From Bugula neritina (taxonomy: Eukaryota; Animalia; Bryozoa): 64,000 nucleotides of DNA. The position numbers and the translations under genes are program-made. Where the stretch lies: positions 6,892,729 through 6,956,728 of the forward strand of contig OZ037770.1 of assembly GCA_964035545.1 (NCBI GenBank), given 5' to 3'. The notes beneath the pieces were generated by a model that saw nothing but the letters and a program-made list of their open reading frames with translations, was not told the origin of the DNA and made no database searches. This document shows positions 30,264 to 43,169 of the stretch, one piece after another (the first letter of the stretch is position 1; each line of letters opens with the position of its first letter).

Positions 30264-30833
30264 GGCTCAAGGAAGTTGATCAAACTAAATACAGCTGAGC
30301 CTACGCAGAATCAGTTTTAAATTGCTTTATGGAGCAATATTTAATTTTATACCAGTAAGTAATAATAATACTAATACTAATAGTAATACTAATATTAGAA
30401 ATATTTCATTACTCAATGAAATCGACAATGTTTTCTTTATCAAAATGAATATTTAGAGTTTTAATCTGTTAGTTGAATATCAACTAATGTTATCGGTATA
30501 AGTATCACTATCACAAAGCCAAGTTAGTAGTTACTATTAGTATTACTATCACTATGATTATGAATATGAACAACCGACATGCTTCCTTGAACTTGATGAC
30601 AGTGACACAACTTAAAACAAGGGAACAAATATCGTTGACAGACTACCGATCACAAACTTGACTTTCTGATTCTCAGCTGTTGATAAAAAAAAACAGTCAA
30701 CTGCGTATAAGCACGCAGAAATCGCTTGCTGGTAAGTGGTAATGGTAATGAAGGTTTCAGTTTTTACTGTCAGATTTTATTCATGATAACCATGTTCATG
30801 TTGAATAGCGTTACTTTGACGCAGTTTCGGAAC

Positions 30834-30850
30834 CACGTGCGTATCACGTG
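30834..30850. promoter_or_regulatory. Paired CACGTG E-boxes upstream of AGTRAP (candidate promoter)
   Basis: CACGTG at 30834-30839 and 30845-30850 in a locally CpG-richer patch about 570 bp upstream of the AGTRAP ATG; function inferred only. Confidence 0.3.
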
Positions 30851-31559
30851 GGACTAGTGTTATTGTTTGGAAAATATTAAACCTGTAAAACTTGAGCTAT
30901 GGTATAAAGCAGAAAAGTTGATCGATAGACGGCAGTATAAAATTTAGAGCCACTGAATAAATTATTTCTGCCCGAACTACAAATCAACGATAGCAACCTC
31001 GAGACCCCCAAACTCTGCGCGCAGTAACCCCAGAGAATGTGCTTCAATGGACTTTTGAGAAAGCATGAATTGAGTTTGATGCTGATGGTGACCGGTCAGA
31101 TTTATTTTCAAGATCTTACCGTCACACTGATAGTCGTTATTATTATCACAATGATAATCAATATTATGGAATAAAATCAAACATATAAAAGTAAAGCTAA
31201 ATAAATAAATTGATCGTTACTAAAGTAATTTTTTTATGGTGAATGTGAAACTGAATGTCAACATCAATATGAATATGAAATTGAATATGAAATCGAATAT
31301 TAATTATTATAATTATGATATTAATAATAATTACTATTATAATTATAAATATAATTATATTTATGAAACTTAAGTTGAAACAATAAACTTAAAGTTAAAG
31401 TTAAGGTGACTACAGTTCGAGTTACTGTTAGACTTACGTGTTAGTGTTGCCTCTTACCTCTTCTTCTTTAGAAAGCACTAGAGCATAATATAGCAAGTGG
31501 TGCTCCTCAATGACAATAGGTTGCAGTCTTTGGTTAGCTCCTACATGTCAATTAATTGC

Positions 31560-33186
31560 CAAATGACTAGTGTGCACATCATTACTAATAAATGTATATC
31601 ACTTTTACTATATAGAAAGTTTAGATTTAAGTTCTCGTACTGTCTTTGGTAAAAGGCTATTGTAATAAGTGGATTTTTTTTGCATAGATTGTGGGGGGTA
31701 CACCGCGAGATGTTGCTCTGGTGACTGTCATACTTTCAGAGCTTTGTTTCATAAGTTTATCATATGCGCACATGAGCGATTTGTGATTTTCCTCTTTGGA
31801 TAACAAGCGTATGAAAAGAGTATGCCTCGTGTTCATTCTTCTAGTTGCTAGTGTTTCTAATCGTAGCTCTTCGCGTGCCGCAGTTACACTATCTCTTCCT
31901 TTGATTTTGGATATGAATCTAACGGCACCATTTTAGACCATTTCGATGTCGTGCTTTAAATATTCTGTGGATGTGTCCCAGACAGATGTCTGTGGATGTG
32001 TCCCAGACAGATGCTGCATATTCAATATGATGCCTACACAAGCTAGTGTAAGCCAGTAGTCTTGCGTCGGTAGGAGCATTATGCAGTGCACGCTTAATTA
32101 GGCCAAGTTGCCTCCTAGCTTTCCCTATCTTAGTTCTAATGTGATTAGTAAACCTTAAGTTAGATTGGAGGATAACACCTAAGTATTTAGCTTCACTAAC
32201 TTGTTTAAGAGATGAACCATTCAGTATATAGTCGGCATTGGGTGAGGTGTTAACATGACCAAATGACAGAACCGAGCATTTCTCAACATTGAAGGACATT
32301 GACCATTTATCTGCCCATTGCTGCAAGGAAGAAATGTTATGTTGGAGCTTGTTTTTGTCCATTGAAGTGTTGACTATTTGGTAAATAAGGGTGTCGTCTG
32401 CAAATAAACTGATATGGCAATCTAGGTGTTGAGGTAGATCGTTTATATAGGCCAAAAAGAGAGTAGGCCCCAGAACCGAACCCTGTGGCACTTCAGAGGT
32501 TACACACAGTTCAGAAAATAAGTCCCTTTGATTCTGACTTTCTGCTTACGATCAAACAGGAAGTTGTGTATCTATTGTACTATTTGTTTAGTTATTAATG
32601 GAATTTTAAAGAGTTTTCGCATTAAGAGTTCATGGGGTACTTTATCAAATGCGTTGGCGAAGTCCAGTACTACAGCATGGACAGTGTTGCAGTTGTCCGC
32701 CAGTTTGGATATTTGATGATAAGGGCTGCAGAGTTGAATCTCGCATGACAATCCTTTTCTAAAACCATGTATCCAGTACCAGGTTTAGATGATGAAGCAC
32801 TATATGTTCCATTATTTTGCATGGTATACTGGTAAGGGGAATTGGTCTGTAATTGCTAGGTTGATCTGTAGGTCCTCGTTTGTGCAAAGGAGACACATAT
32901 GCACTCTTCCACTCGGATGGAAGCATCGAGTTAGATATTGAGGCGTTGAATATGGCGGTGAGGCATTTGCCAGTCATTATTGGGTCAATTACAATTCCTT
33001 TCGAATATCATCTGGACCGGCTGCTTTCCCATTTTTAAGAGAAAGAATTAATTTTGTGACTCCTTCATCAGATATATTGATGGAAGAGGACTTGCAATCA
33101 TAATTGTTTTTGCTGTTCAGTTGATATTGTTTACAGAATTGAAAAATGAAAAATTTATTCAGAATCTCAGTGCATTCTTCCTGCAC
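31560..33186 (-). mobile_element. Non-LTR retrotransposon (CR1/L2-group LINE), 5'-truncated, degraded
   Basis: Frame-broken RT motifs KAAGPDDI, NYRPIPLTSIPCKIMEH, DFANAFDKVPH, PQGSVLGPTLFLAYINDL, LFADD, KYLGV. Confidence 0.9.
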
Positions 33187-33299
33187 TTAGTCTAAGACTC
33201 TAAGTCTAAGACTAAGAGTAAGATTAAGTCTTAGTTTTACAGTTGGTGTTGCAGTTAGTGTTACTTTCACTTTAAAGTTTTAATCCTTGTTATACTAAT

Positions 33300-33535
33300 A
33301 GTAATACCAATACTGTCAACATAGTAATAGACTAATACTAATATTAATACTAATATCATTATTAGTATTGCTGTTACTATTAATAATAGGATTGGTATTA
33401 CTAGTACTACTACTTGTAGTACTACTACTAGTACTAGTAGTATCAGTGCTAGTACTAGTAGTATTGCTGATACAGTGATAGTGTTGCCGTATGAGTGTTA
33501 CTAAATCTAATAGTAATGCTAATAGTGTCTTACAC
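33300..33535. repeat. (TAG/TAC/TAA)-rich low-complexity tract
   Basis: Degenerate trinucleotide repeats. Confidence 0.75.
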
Positions 33536-33548
33536 ACGTTCTATTTGA

Positions 33549-35160
33549 TGTTATTAAGTATAATTCACTCAATACGAAGTTTAGATATCAACAATAACTT
33601 AGAGACTTTATTCGTACACGAAGAAAAACAAGAAAATGATCTCAAGCAAGCGCAGACCTAATTAAACGAGCCTAATTAAACTATGAAATCTCCCTTTCTT
33701 AGGGGATAATAATGAAACCAAAACTAAAAAGTGAAACAAACAAACACTTAACTAAAACACTTAGACAAAACTTTAGACCATAGTAAGTGAGGATGTTCAG
33801 AACAGCCTAGCAGTAGAGCTTTATTTATAAACATGATAGTCATCATGCCATTTGGGTTTTTGTGTCCTGCGGCCAGACCGGGTGACCCCGCCTAGAAATC
33901 TTACTTCACTCTCAGGCGATGGTGATGTTATATTGTCGGACCGAGAATTAGAGCAGTTTGGTGGCAAAACTTGCTGATCCCCGAACTGCAACAAAATATT
34001 TTCTTTACCTTTACTCACCGCTGGATCTACCTCGATGAAATGTTTCTGACTTACCTCAGGGATTTGTCGATTGACCGCTATACAGCGTATGTCTTTTCTA
34101 TTTTGTCGGAGTCTGGCACTAGCCGACTACTAAATAAGAGCAATCATTTGTAATTCCTTCAATCTCACCTACCCTCCAGTCACCCGTAGGAGTAGGTATG
34201 TGAACTTGTTGTCTTGGGAGCAACATGGTTTTCCCTGTCTTAGTATGTCTATCGAAGAAATATTTATCACAACTCTTACGGTCTGCTAAAACACGTCTTA
34301 CCTTGTCAACATCATAGGCAACTACTTGATATCTAATATATTGGACAGGATGATCATCTCACAATACCCCTCGCTGCAAAAGTTTACTGGGGGAGGGGCA
34401 ACCCTTTCGCTATGGGAGTATTTCTAATAGTTGTCAGGCCCTGGAACCAAGTACCACTTTGCTGTAGACACTTTTCTATCATGCTTTTCACCGATCGTTT
34501 TCTTAGTTTGTCTATTTTCGATGAGTGAAATGGAGAGCTTGTGCTGTGTTTGATTCCTTGGTTACTGCAAAAAGCTTAAAATCAAAACTAAAGAACTGCG
34601 ATTCATTATCAAGCACAAGCACCTCTGGCTGGCCGAAATCTACGAAGATTTCTCTCCAGCAGTGTATAACTCTCTTGCTCGACGTGTCTAACTACTAACC
34701 ACTTTGGTAGGTAGTCCACTGTGAAAAGATAGTAAGAACCTTCGAATTGGAATAAGTCTTCACCCACTATCAGATAAGGAAAATCAGGAATTGGAATTGG
34801 GAGTTGGTTCTATAGTTTGAATCCTTTCCTCTGTAGCACAAGGCTCACAAGCCAAACACTTCTCTTCAACTTTATTCTTGAGTCCTGGCCAATAGACCGA
34901 CTCACCGGCCTTTTGCATAATTTTGGAGACTCCCTGATGTGCTCTGTGTGAGGAATTCAGCACCTCCACTCGAAAAGCTACTGGAATAACCAGTCGTGAG
35001 CCATAGAATATGACTCCATTAACCGAACTAAGCGACTTCGTTTGATTCCAGTACAATTTTTCTTGTGTGTAGGCCAGCCCTCTAGGCTATACCGCATAAC
35101 TACTGACAACCCCTCATTCTGAGATGTTTCTCTCTGGTACTTTTCCATCACATCATCACT
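33549..35160 (-). mobile_element. Gypsy remnant: integrase region, PPT and probable 3' LTR
   Basis: RLVIP...HRAHQG...VYWPGL...CLACEPC zinc finger; C-terminal VTRSGRRTQKPKWHDDY; PPT AAGAAAGGGAGA at 33689-33700 (minus); putative LTR about 33549-33688. Confidence 0.85.
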
Positions 35161-36549
35161 GCGGATAGTCTATTATAACTATATCACTAGCTTATTAGTC
35201 ACGAGATAGTCACTGTCACTGTGGCCACAAGCTTGAGTGTCAGTATTACTATCCTACTCTACCGCTATGAAGTATGAAAGTATCACTAGGACTTTATGGA
35301 ATTATCTCTCATTAGTATTATTGTAATGAGTATCAATTAGAACTTCATGAAATTAGATATAATATTAATATAATTATGTTGTTGGCCATTATGTACTTTT
35401 AGACTACCAGTATTGGTCAGCGTCACATATGCCTAGCACTTATGCATAGCACATATGCGTGGCACATGTGGATACAATTGTACTAATACATAGCAATGTA
35501 TATACAATCTGTGTCAAGGGTGACTGTGTAAGGCTGGGTTCCTTGTTGCAGCTGTTGGTAAAATAAGAGCACAGCAAATTAAAACTTGCTGTATTTAAAT
35601 TATTTTAATCACAACTTGAAGATAAAACAATTTTGTTAGAAATAGTTTTACATTACTTTTGCGTATACCCAGCAGTCTATAGATGAAATAATAATTAATA
35701 TAAAATATCATATTATATATGCTATTCAAAAATGCAGTAAGATTAAATCTACTTATGTAGCATCTGAAGCATAAAAGGTGCATACCGTTGGATGATTTTA
35801 GCCACTTAGTGGAATACAAAGTGCATTTAAGCAAGCTCTTTTGTTTTTGAAATTCTAGAGCTGATGTGATTTTCTTTTAATTCTCTGAAATATTGGGGGT
35901 ACCAAAACAAAAAATTGGCAGGCGTAGCACATCAATACTAACCTTGGTTGCTATATATCATCGCAGAACCAACAATATACTGAATTCTAATATTTTATAA
36001 TGCTTATCTTGTCGCAATAAAAGTAAAATTTTATGAAATTTTATGATACTAATTTTGTCCTTGCAGCAAACTAAAATAACCCTTGTACTTCTACCAGACA
36101 TAATAGCAATAGCTGTGTTCAAAATTCATTTACAAAGCTTTATGAAAATTACAAGTAAAAAATTAGGGTAAATAATTTAATTTCAAGTTTTGTTTTGGTG
36201 ATCAATCATTACAAAAATTACCCTGAAGCAGGTTTTATTAGCAACAGCACTAAATTACTTGACTAGAAACAAGCATATAATTGAATAACTAAAAACCTAA
36301 ACAGCAATCATTCATATATAAAACTACTAAGGATAGACACTGCGCCTATTATCAATTAGGTTCAGCAATCGGTTTCGGAGCCATTTTTTTAGTAAGTTTG
36401 AATAAATTTGTATTCTTAGAATAATAATCTGTAAGAATTTTAGTAAAGTGTGACTGTTTAGGTAGGATGATAGGATTTTTTTTTTAAAATTCAGAAAAGC
36501 AGCTTTTTTCTCCTACCAACTCTCACCAGTCCATCTGAATCTTATTACA

Positions 36550-37990
36550 TAATTAACCTTAACAATCTGCTGCTCCCTTTTTTTCTTTTTTAGGTCTGCA
36601 AAATCTTTAAAAAAGTGTCTTCTCCGAGTGATGTTTTAGCACTACTATTTTAGTTTCGCATAAGTATGGTACTGTTAATTCATTGCGCAGAGAGGTAAGC
36701 AAGTGATTTTTGGAAGCTGTCATAAGAAAGTATGTGTGAAAGTTCTGTATTTATGCAACATATCACACATATCCATTGTTTGTTTAGTCACCGTTACTGA
36801 CTTTTTTTACTCTCAACCTCAGGATCACTGTCTTGTACTATTCCTAAGGTTGCCTTATATTTTTGCAGTTCTGCGTTTAATTAAGATTGAGATTGAAAAA
36901 AAGTTGACCTATTGAACCATATAGATTTTCCTAGCTCATCTATATTCATACCCATTGAAGCCATATCTACAGGGTTTTTAGAGCCAGAAATATGATACCG
37001 TCGTATTGCATTTCATGGCTGGGTGATTTCATAGCTTTTGTTTGCTACAAAGGTGTGAAACTTCTTTATTTTGTCAGTTAGGTAGCCTAAAACAATTGAG
37101 TCACGCCAGAAATACACTTGTTGTGCATCAATATGTAACTGGTCATTTAGAGTGTTGCTGAGTAGAATGGCAAGAAGAGTGCCTGGTACTTCCTATCTTG
37201 GAATTGTATTTGTGTCTTTGTTTGGTACTACCCTTGATATTACCAAAAACTAAGCTTATATCAATGTTTACTTTTCATGTATGACTGTTAAATATGAACA
37301 GGCTGTTTTACCATCAAAAGAAGCTTCTGAAAAATTGTGCAATTTATATTTCTTGATGGGTGCTCCTGATTTCGCAACACACCTTAATATGTTTATGTCT
37401 GGCAATTTAGCTAATTGACCAACCCTTGTATCCCACTCTTTCTTGTTTTTTGGTCAATGAGATTGTCCCACTCAATGCTCATCTTATTTTATTTCTGTAG
37501 AATCGGTTTTCTTATGTTAGTATTTGGTACCAAAGGACCGAGAGGGTCAAATATTTGACTTATCACAGAAATCACGCCCGCCGAGTCTTTGGTTTATTTT
37601 TGAAATTGCTCCCATCGGACCTGAATGCATCTTAAGCGATATCCCACCCTAGATCCTAAGTCTGTTGAGCTGGCAGATGCTCTGCAAACAGATCTATTGT
37701 TCTTTCAGATTTTGATATTGATGACAAGACCGATAGTTTATTAGAAATAAATTTGTGAAGCCTTAAGTTTTATTTTGCATAACTCTGTGGCTTCCTGGAA
37801 TAATGACTGCATGTTCAATAGTGTCTACGCTTGTAATGCCATCATCGACATATAACTCTGCAGTAGTCATCGGCAAAATTTTAGGGCCATATGTGTTGTT
37901 TGGATACATATTAGCAGGTGCAGTTGATTTCTTTCTTGGAAGTTTAGGTTTTTACTGTTTAAAAGTTTGTGCAATTTTTTCTATATCTGC
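36550..37990 (-). mobile_element. Highly degraded LINE-like RT remnant
   Basis: Weak, correctly ordered motif relics on minus: KKSTAPANMYP (KKSPGPD-like), ASFDG (KAFD-like), EVPGTLLAILLSNTLND (GVPQGS.LAP.LF...ND-like), RNELTVP near the 3' end. Confidence 0.45.
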
Positions 37991-38003
37991 TGTTGTTCTA
38001 TAT

Positions 38004-41000
38004 CAGGGGTGTCTAACCTTTTTAGATCAAGGGCCAGTCTGCAAGTTTTAGTTTGAGCTGAGGGCCACAACGTTTTCTCTGCTTTTAAAATCAATTTTCA
38101 TGATTCATTAAGCAGCTGCAGGGTATATGTATTGTAATTAGCAATGGCTATGCTTTGCTTGCTTATTAAAATCATAACATATATATGTGTGTGCGTACGT
38201 GTGTGTAGGCCTAAATATGCATTTACTTAAAAATAGGCAAACTAGAAACATTTCATTTTTATTACTTTATTATTCAATAATTATATATGCATTTATGTGT
38301 GTGTGCATAAAATATAAATGGATAGATACAAAATTATAACCAAACGCAAATTATACATATATACATACAGAGTATATATTAATTATTGCAAATTTAAACT
38401 AGATGTGCCAGTACTAAGAGTCTGTACTCATACTGGAATAGTTAGATCTTGCAGCCATCAGTGAAACATCTTGCACTGTTTGCGTTGAACAATTCTGTTA
38501 ATAACTGGTTTTGTATCTGAACATGCAACCTTTTTGCTGGACTAAGTGCTTATCAGTGAGTGAAGTGCGATATTTATTTGCGGTGTATTTCATTTGACTG
38601 AAAAATTTATCGAATAAAATAGAGCCGAAGAGACTGACCATCATGAGAGCATGTTTCTATAACGCTGGATAGGTGGCAGATGGAAGAAAATTATGATAAA
38701 GTTCTATATCATAATTGAGGTGTTGCTGCTTTAGACGCTGATTGCTATGCAAGTCAATGAGCTCCATTTTTAAGTTAGTTGGAGGAGCGTTAGGCTCAAT
38801 AGAGAACGGATAAGCGAAGATTCGTATTTCTTGCTCAGTTTTTTCAAACTGGGGAAATCTAGCAAACTCAACTGAGAGATCATATAGCCTATGATGTTTG
38901 CATACTGTTCAGAGCTCACCTCATGCTCACAAGCCAACAGTGTTTTGAAGTGGGAATAGTTCTTTTCTCGTACTTGTTGCTCCCACAGCTTGAGTTTGGT
39001 TTTAAAAGCGGTAATGTGCTTCGAAAGTGAAGATATGTCTTAGTTCCTGCTGCTTACCCTGCAACTGCAAGTTTACTTGTGACATGTGCGCACTGATATT
39101 AGCCTGAAATGCCAAATTTATCCCCAGTGCTTTTTGAAAACTCAGGATGCTCATGCCCCTTGCTTTGCATAAATACATCTATTTCATATAGCGCACTGTA
39201 AAACATATGCAATGTTTTGGCACTACTAAACCACCTGACTTTGCAGTAGTATGTAACATCTTTGCACTCAGATTCCAACTCTTCCAGCATTGTGCCAGGA
39301 ATGGCTTATTGAGTTCGCTAGCAACAAGCATCAAGCAACACTTTCCTAATCTTTGAATTTAATATTCACTCTTTGTCTTGTAGTCTATCAAAATATCAAA
39401 AAATGGCTGCATCCTGATAAAAAAAAACATTTATACACATAAGTAAACTTTAAATAACATTAACAAAAACAGAAAACTTCAAAATTATACTACTTGCAAA
39501 CATCAGCTCTTTATAGCGTCTTCCTGGCAAGTGAACTACTAACACTTCTAATAAATTAAAAATAACATAATCAAAAAGCTAACAAATAGCTGAACAAGCT
39601 ACAAAAAGCTAACATATCTTTTATTTAAATTTTGGCAAACAGCCAGGATTTTCTCCCTGGCACAAGCATAACTGTGAACTGTCGATGATTCATATAAAGT
39701 TATTTCCATCATATAAAGTTGATTGTGGAAACTACTACTTGCATCACATGATTCATCTTTAGGGTCTGTGCTGCCAAAATTAGTTGAACAAAGTAGATTA
39801 AATACAATCAATTACTAATAATTCTATAGAAAATTCCATTCCAATAAAAGAGAACATGTCTGGCACCAAATTTAGAAGATCAAGAACGCATGATCAAGAT
39901 CATTAGAGGTTAAAAGCTTTGTAAACATGGAGACTACTACTGGAGAGTACTACTCACATCTAAACTTAATGATGTCCCCATCTTCTGACTTTGCTGCAAT
40001 TCCAAGCGATTACAGCCGTCATGATTGCTAGCACCTTGTAGCACATTGTCCAGCAAGGCGGTTCCAGGTGTTGAAGATGTAGAACTGAAGTGCAAATAGT
40101 AATGAACAGCTGTACATTCAATGTATAGCAATAAGATATTTTTAGGTGCACTTACACTAATTCAGAAAAAAATTTGTGTACTAGTTTACTGTGGTTTAGA
40201 ACATCTGTTTACTGAGATAAGCTATATTTAAAATAATGGTCCAGGTTCAGTTACTGTGCACTAAATATGTGCTGAAAAAAAATTATTTTCAGTACAAGAG
40301 TGAAGGTAAATATTTTAACTGAAAACTCTGTCGGGCATTTTATTATAATGTATGACACAGTGATACATAAGAAGCACAAGGGATTATCCCGAGGATACAC
40401 TTTGAGAGAGAATCCAATTAGTCCGTTGTTTTTTATTCATTACAAGAGGTCCATCTGTGCGAAAACCAGACATCTTTTTCAGAGGCAAGTTGAAATCTGT
40501 CGGCGGTTTCAGCAAGTTGTGGTTCCATACATATTACACATTGTTAGAAAATCCTCCGTAACATTGAACTTGTCAGCACCACATACCATAATTGCAAGCT
40601 GAGCAACATAAAAATATCAGTATCTACTCTTATCTAGTGCTATGCTAAAATATACAAATTTCGTTGCCATATCTTTTATTGTCAGTTCAATGTCATTACT
40701 CAGAGCGTTTATTCTTCTCGCATTGGTGTTTCTTGATAGGGAGATGCTTTCTGCTATAGTTTTCTTGTCACCACACAACTCATCCACAAAAGCACATATT
40801 ACCTATAAAATAAAGATTTACATTCAGGCCAACAAGCAATCTAGTAAAACAATATTCTATCTTTTAGGAAGTTCTTAAGATGAACAGAAAGTAAGCAATC
40901 ATAATAACAAATCTACAATGTTGTTTAGTGTCAGAAATTAATTCAAGTTGGGATTAGCTTATCATTTCATGCTGAAATTTCAATCAATATATTTTATAAA

Positions 41001-41403
41001 CAATGTGTTGCAGAAATGGCCACTTATGGTTTTTACTAACCTCCTTTGCAAGTTCACCATGTCTAAATGGAAGCTGGCTTCTACCAATTTTTTCTGCAAT
41101 AATTAGGCTGCATGTGGTAACTTTTTCATTGACTTTGTATTTCATGAAGTGTTGCTGCTGTTGACTCAGCTTTGTTGATAGAACATCAAACTTTTCTTTT
41201 CTTTCGCGTCCAGTATATTAATCAAACTTACTGTGCTTTGTATTGCAATGTCGTTATTTGTTACATTCTTTTTTCACAGCACTTGCTGGGTGGCATATTA
41301 CACATATTATTCGACATTCCGAAATGTATTTAATAAAATTCTGAATATTTCAGTTATTGTTGAAGACTCTTCCTTCCTTGTCAACCTTCCTGCGCATTGC
41401 CAT
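38004..41403 (-). mobile_element. hAT DNA transposon (Buster/Charlie, GTF2IRD2-like transposase), pseudogenised and interrupted
   Basis: TIR-like CAGGGGTGTCTAACCTTTT at 38004. Transposase from ATG 41403 (MAMRRKVDKEGRVF), zinc finger CVIC...RH..TKH, SLSRNTNARR, SIALD, AQLAI, HCVIH, NHVMQVV..INFI, NHRQF, VRWFSS, SLFGS..FS.MK..TDKHL; several stops and insertions. Confidence 0.88.
39291..39664 (-). mobile_element. Solo LTR (374 bp) inserted in the hAT transposase
   Basis: Ends TGTGCCAGG...CCTGGCACA; 5-bp TSD AGCAT at 39286-39290 and 39665-39669; removal restores NHRQFTVML-EELE. Orientation inferred from minus-strand TATAAA and ATTAAA. Confidence 0.8.
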
Positions 41404-41542
41404 GTTTGAAAGTTATTGTTTTTGTACTTGTAGAGAAAACTGTATTTTATATAAGGCAGTTGAGGACTGAATTGTAATCGAAAATGACTATATTTATAGA
41501 TGCACAACAGATGAGTTTGAATTTGATTAGTTGAAATAAAAC

Positions 41543-43165
41543 TCATCATCATAGCAGTCTGTCGGTGCGACAATGACTGTTTTCACTTTGGTTTAATCAG
41601 ACATCTCCATCCGTCTCTACATTTAGCCTTCCTTTGCCAGCTATCTCTCTCCATGTCTATCCTTTTCACATTCCACTTTACGGTGTCTTTAAATCTCAAT
41701 CTGAGCCTTCCTTTTTTACGTTTACCTTTTTTCATCTGTGAATAAAGAAGGAGTCTAGGTATATGGCAAGGGTCCATCCTCTCGAAATGTCCTAGCCATC
41801 TCAAGCTCATTTAAATGAGGATAGATTTTAGAGATGGTAAACTAGCTCTCTTTAGTACTTCTTGGTTAGTAATCTTGTCCCTCCAAGAGATACGCATGAT
41901 TGAGCATGGATGTCACATGACATATGCTTGCAGTCTGTCTACTTGCACGTTTTATATGTTCCATGTCTCAGCACCATAAAGTAAGGCAGCGAGTACCGTA
42001 GCACGATACACCTTACACTTAATTTTGATTGAAATATGATGATTAGTCCAAAGTCTGGTTCTCAACTTTCCATACACTGCACTAGCGCTTCCTATTCTCA
42101 GAGAAATTTAATTATCTAGTTTAGTTTGGTACTTGAAGGTTTGACACTTTTTCAAAGGTTCTCCATTGATGGCTATGGTGTTTTGCTGATATGTCCCATT
42201 TTGAGATTTTGGATGCTGATAGAGGCATTCTGTCTTCTTGATGTTAATTTTAAGACTAAAATCTTTTGCAGCATTGGCAAATCTTTTGACTAGAATCTGT
42301 ATATCATCAGAATTATAAGCCACTAAAGCACTATCATCAGCAAATAGCGAGTCTCTCACTAATTCAGTAGTGGTTTTAGTTTTAGACTTGAAATGAGTAA
42401 TATCAAACAGGTTTGCCTCTTTTCTAGTTTTTATGTATACCCCTTCGAGCTGTCTTCAAAGACAACCTCAAGCATGGCTGACAGGTAAAGTGAGAATAGT
42501 GTTGGCGCGAGGACACACCCTTTCATGACTCCATTTGTTACTGCAAAATCATTTGAGATGTAACCGCTCATTGCCACATTTGCTTGCATTTCTGTATGAA
42601 GCGCTTTTTAAGGACTTGCCAAAGGTTTGCTCTAGACACAGTGTCAAATGCCTTGCTGAAGTCAAAAAATACTATGTAGAATGGCATATTTTGTTCTCTG
42701 CATTCTCTTGCACTTGCTTCAAACAGAAGACCATATCGATTGTTCTTCTTTCACTCCTGAAACCACACTGAAACTTCGGTAGTACTTCTGGGGAAATATG
42801 GGCATTTAGCCGATTTAATAGCATGCGAGAGAGAATCTTGCCTACAAAAGATAGAAGGGATATGCCCCGGTAATTCTCACACTTTTTTTTATCACCTTTC
42901 TTAAATAATGGGATAATGCTTGCATCTGTCCAGTCTTGTGGAACAGTCTGGTATCCCACACAGTCTGTATTAGCTTAAAAAAACAGCTTGTCGTTTTCTG
43001 ACCATCATACTTTCATACCTCAGATGGAATATCATCTCTGCCAACAGCTTTTCCATCCTGCATTAAACTAATTACTGAAAAGAGCTCCTCCATATTGGGA
43101 GGATAATCCAAAAGTGCCAGAGGTGACCTTTGCACTATCTTGTTTTTTGTTGCTTCATCTAGCTC
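41543..43165 (-). mobile_element. RTE-clade LINE, 5'-truncated, degraded
   Basis: ENYRGISLLS, QCGFR...TIDMVF, CVLAPTLF, LFADDSAL, LRWLGH...IPRLLLYSQ...R.RFKD; short 3' UTR ending in (ATG)n at about 41543. Confidence 0.9.
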
Positions 43166-43169
43166 TCCA

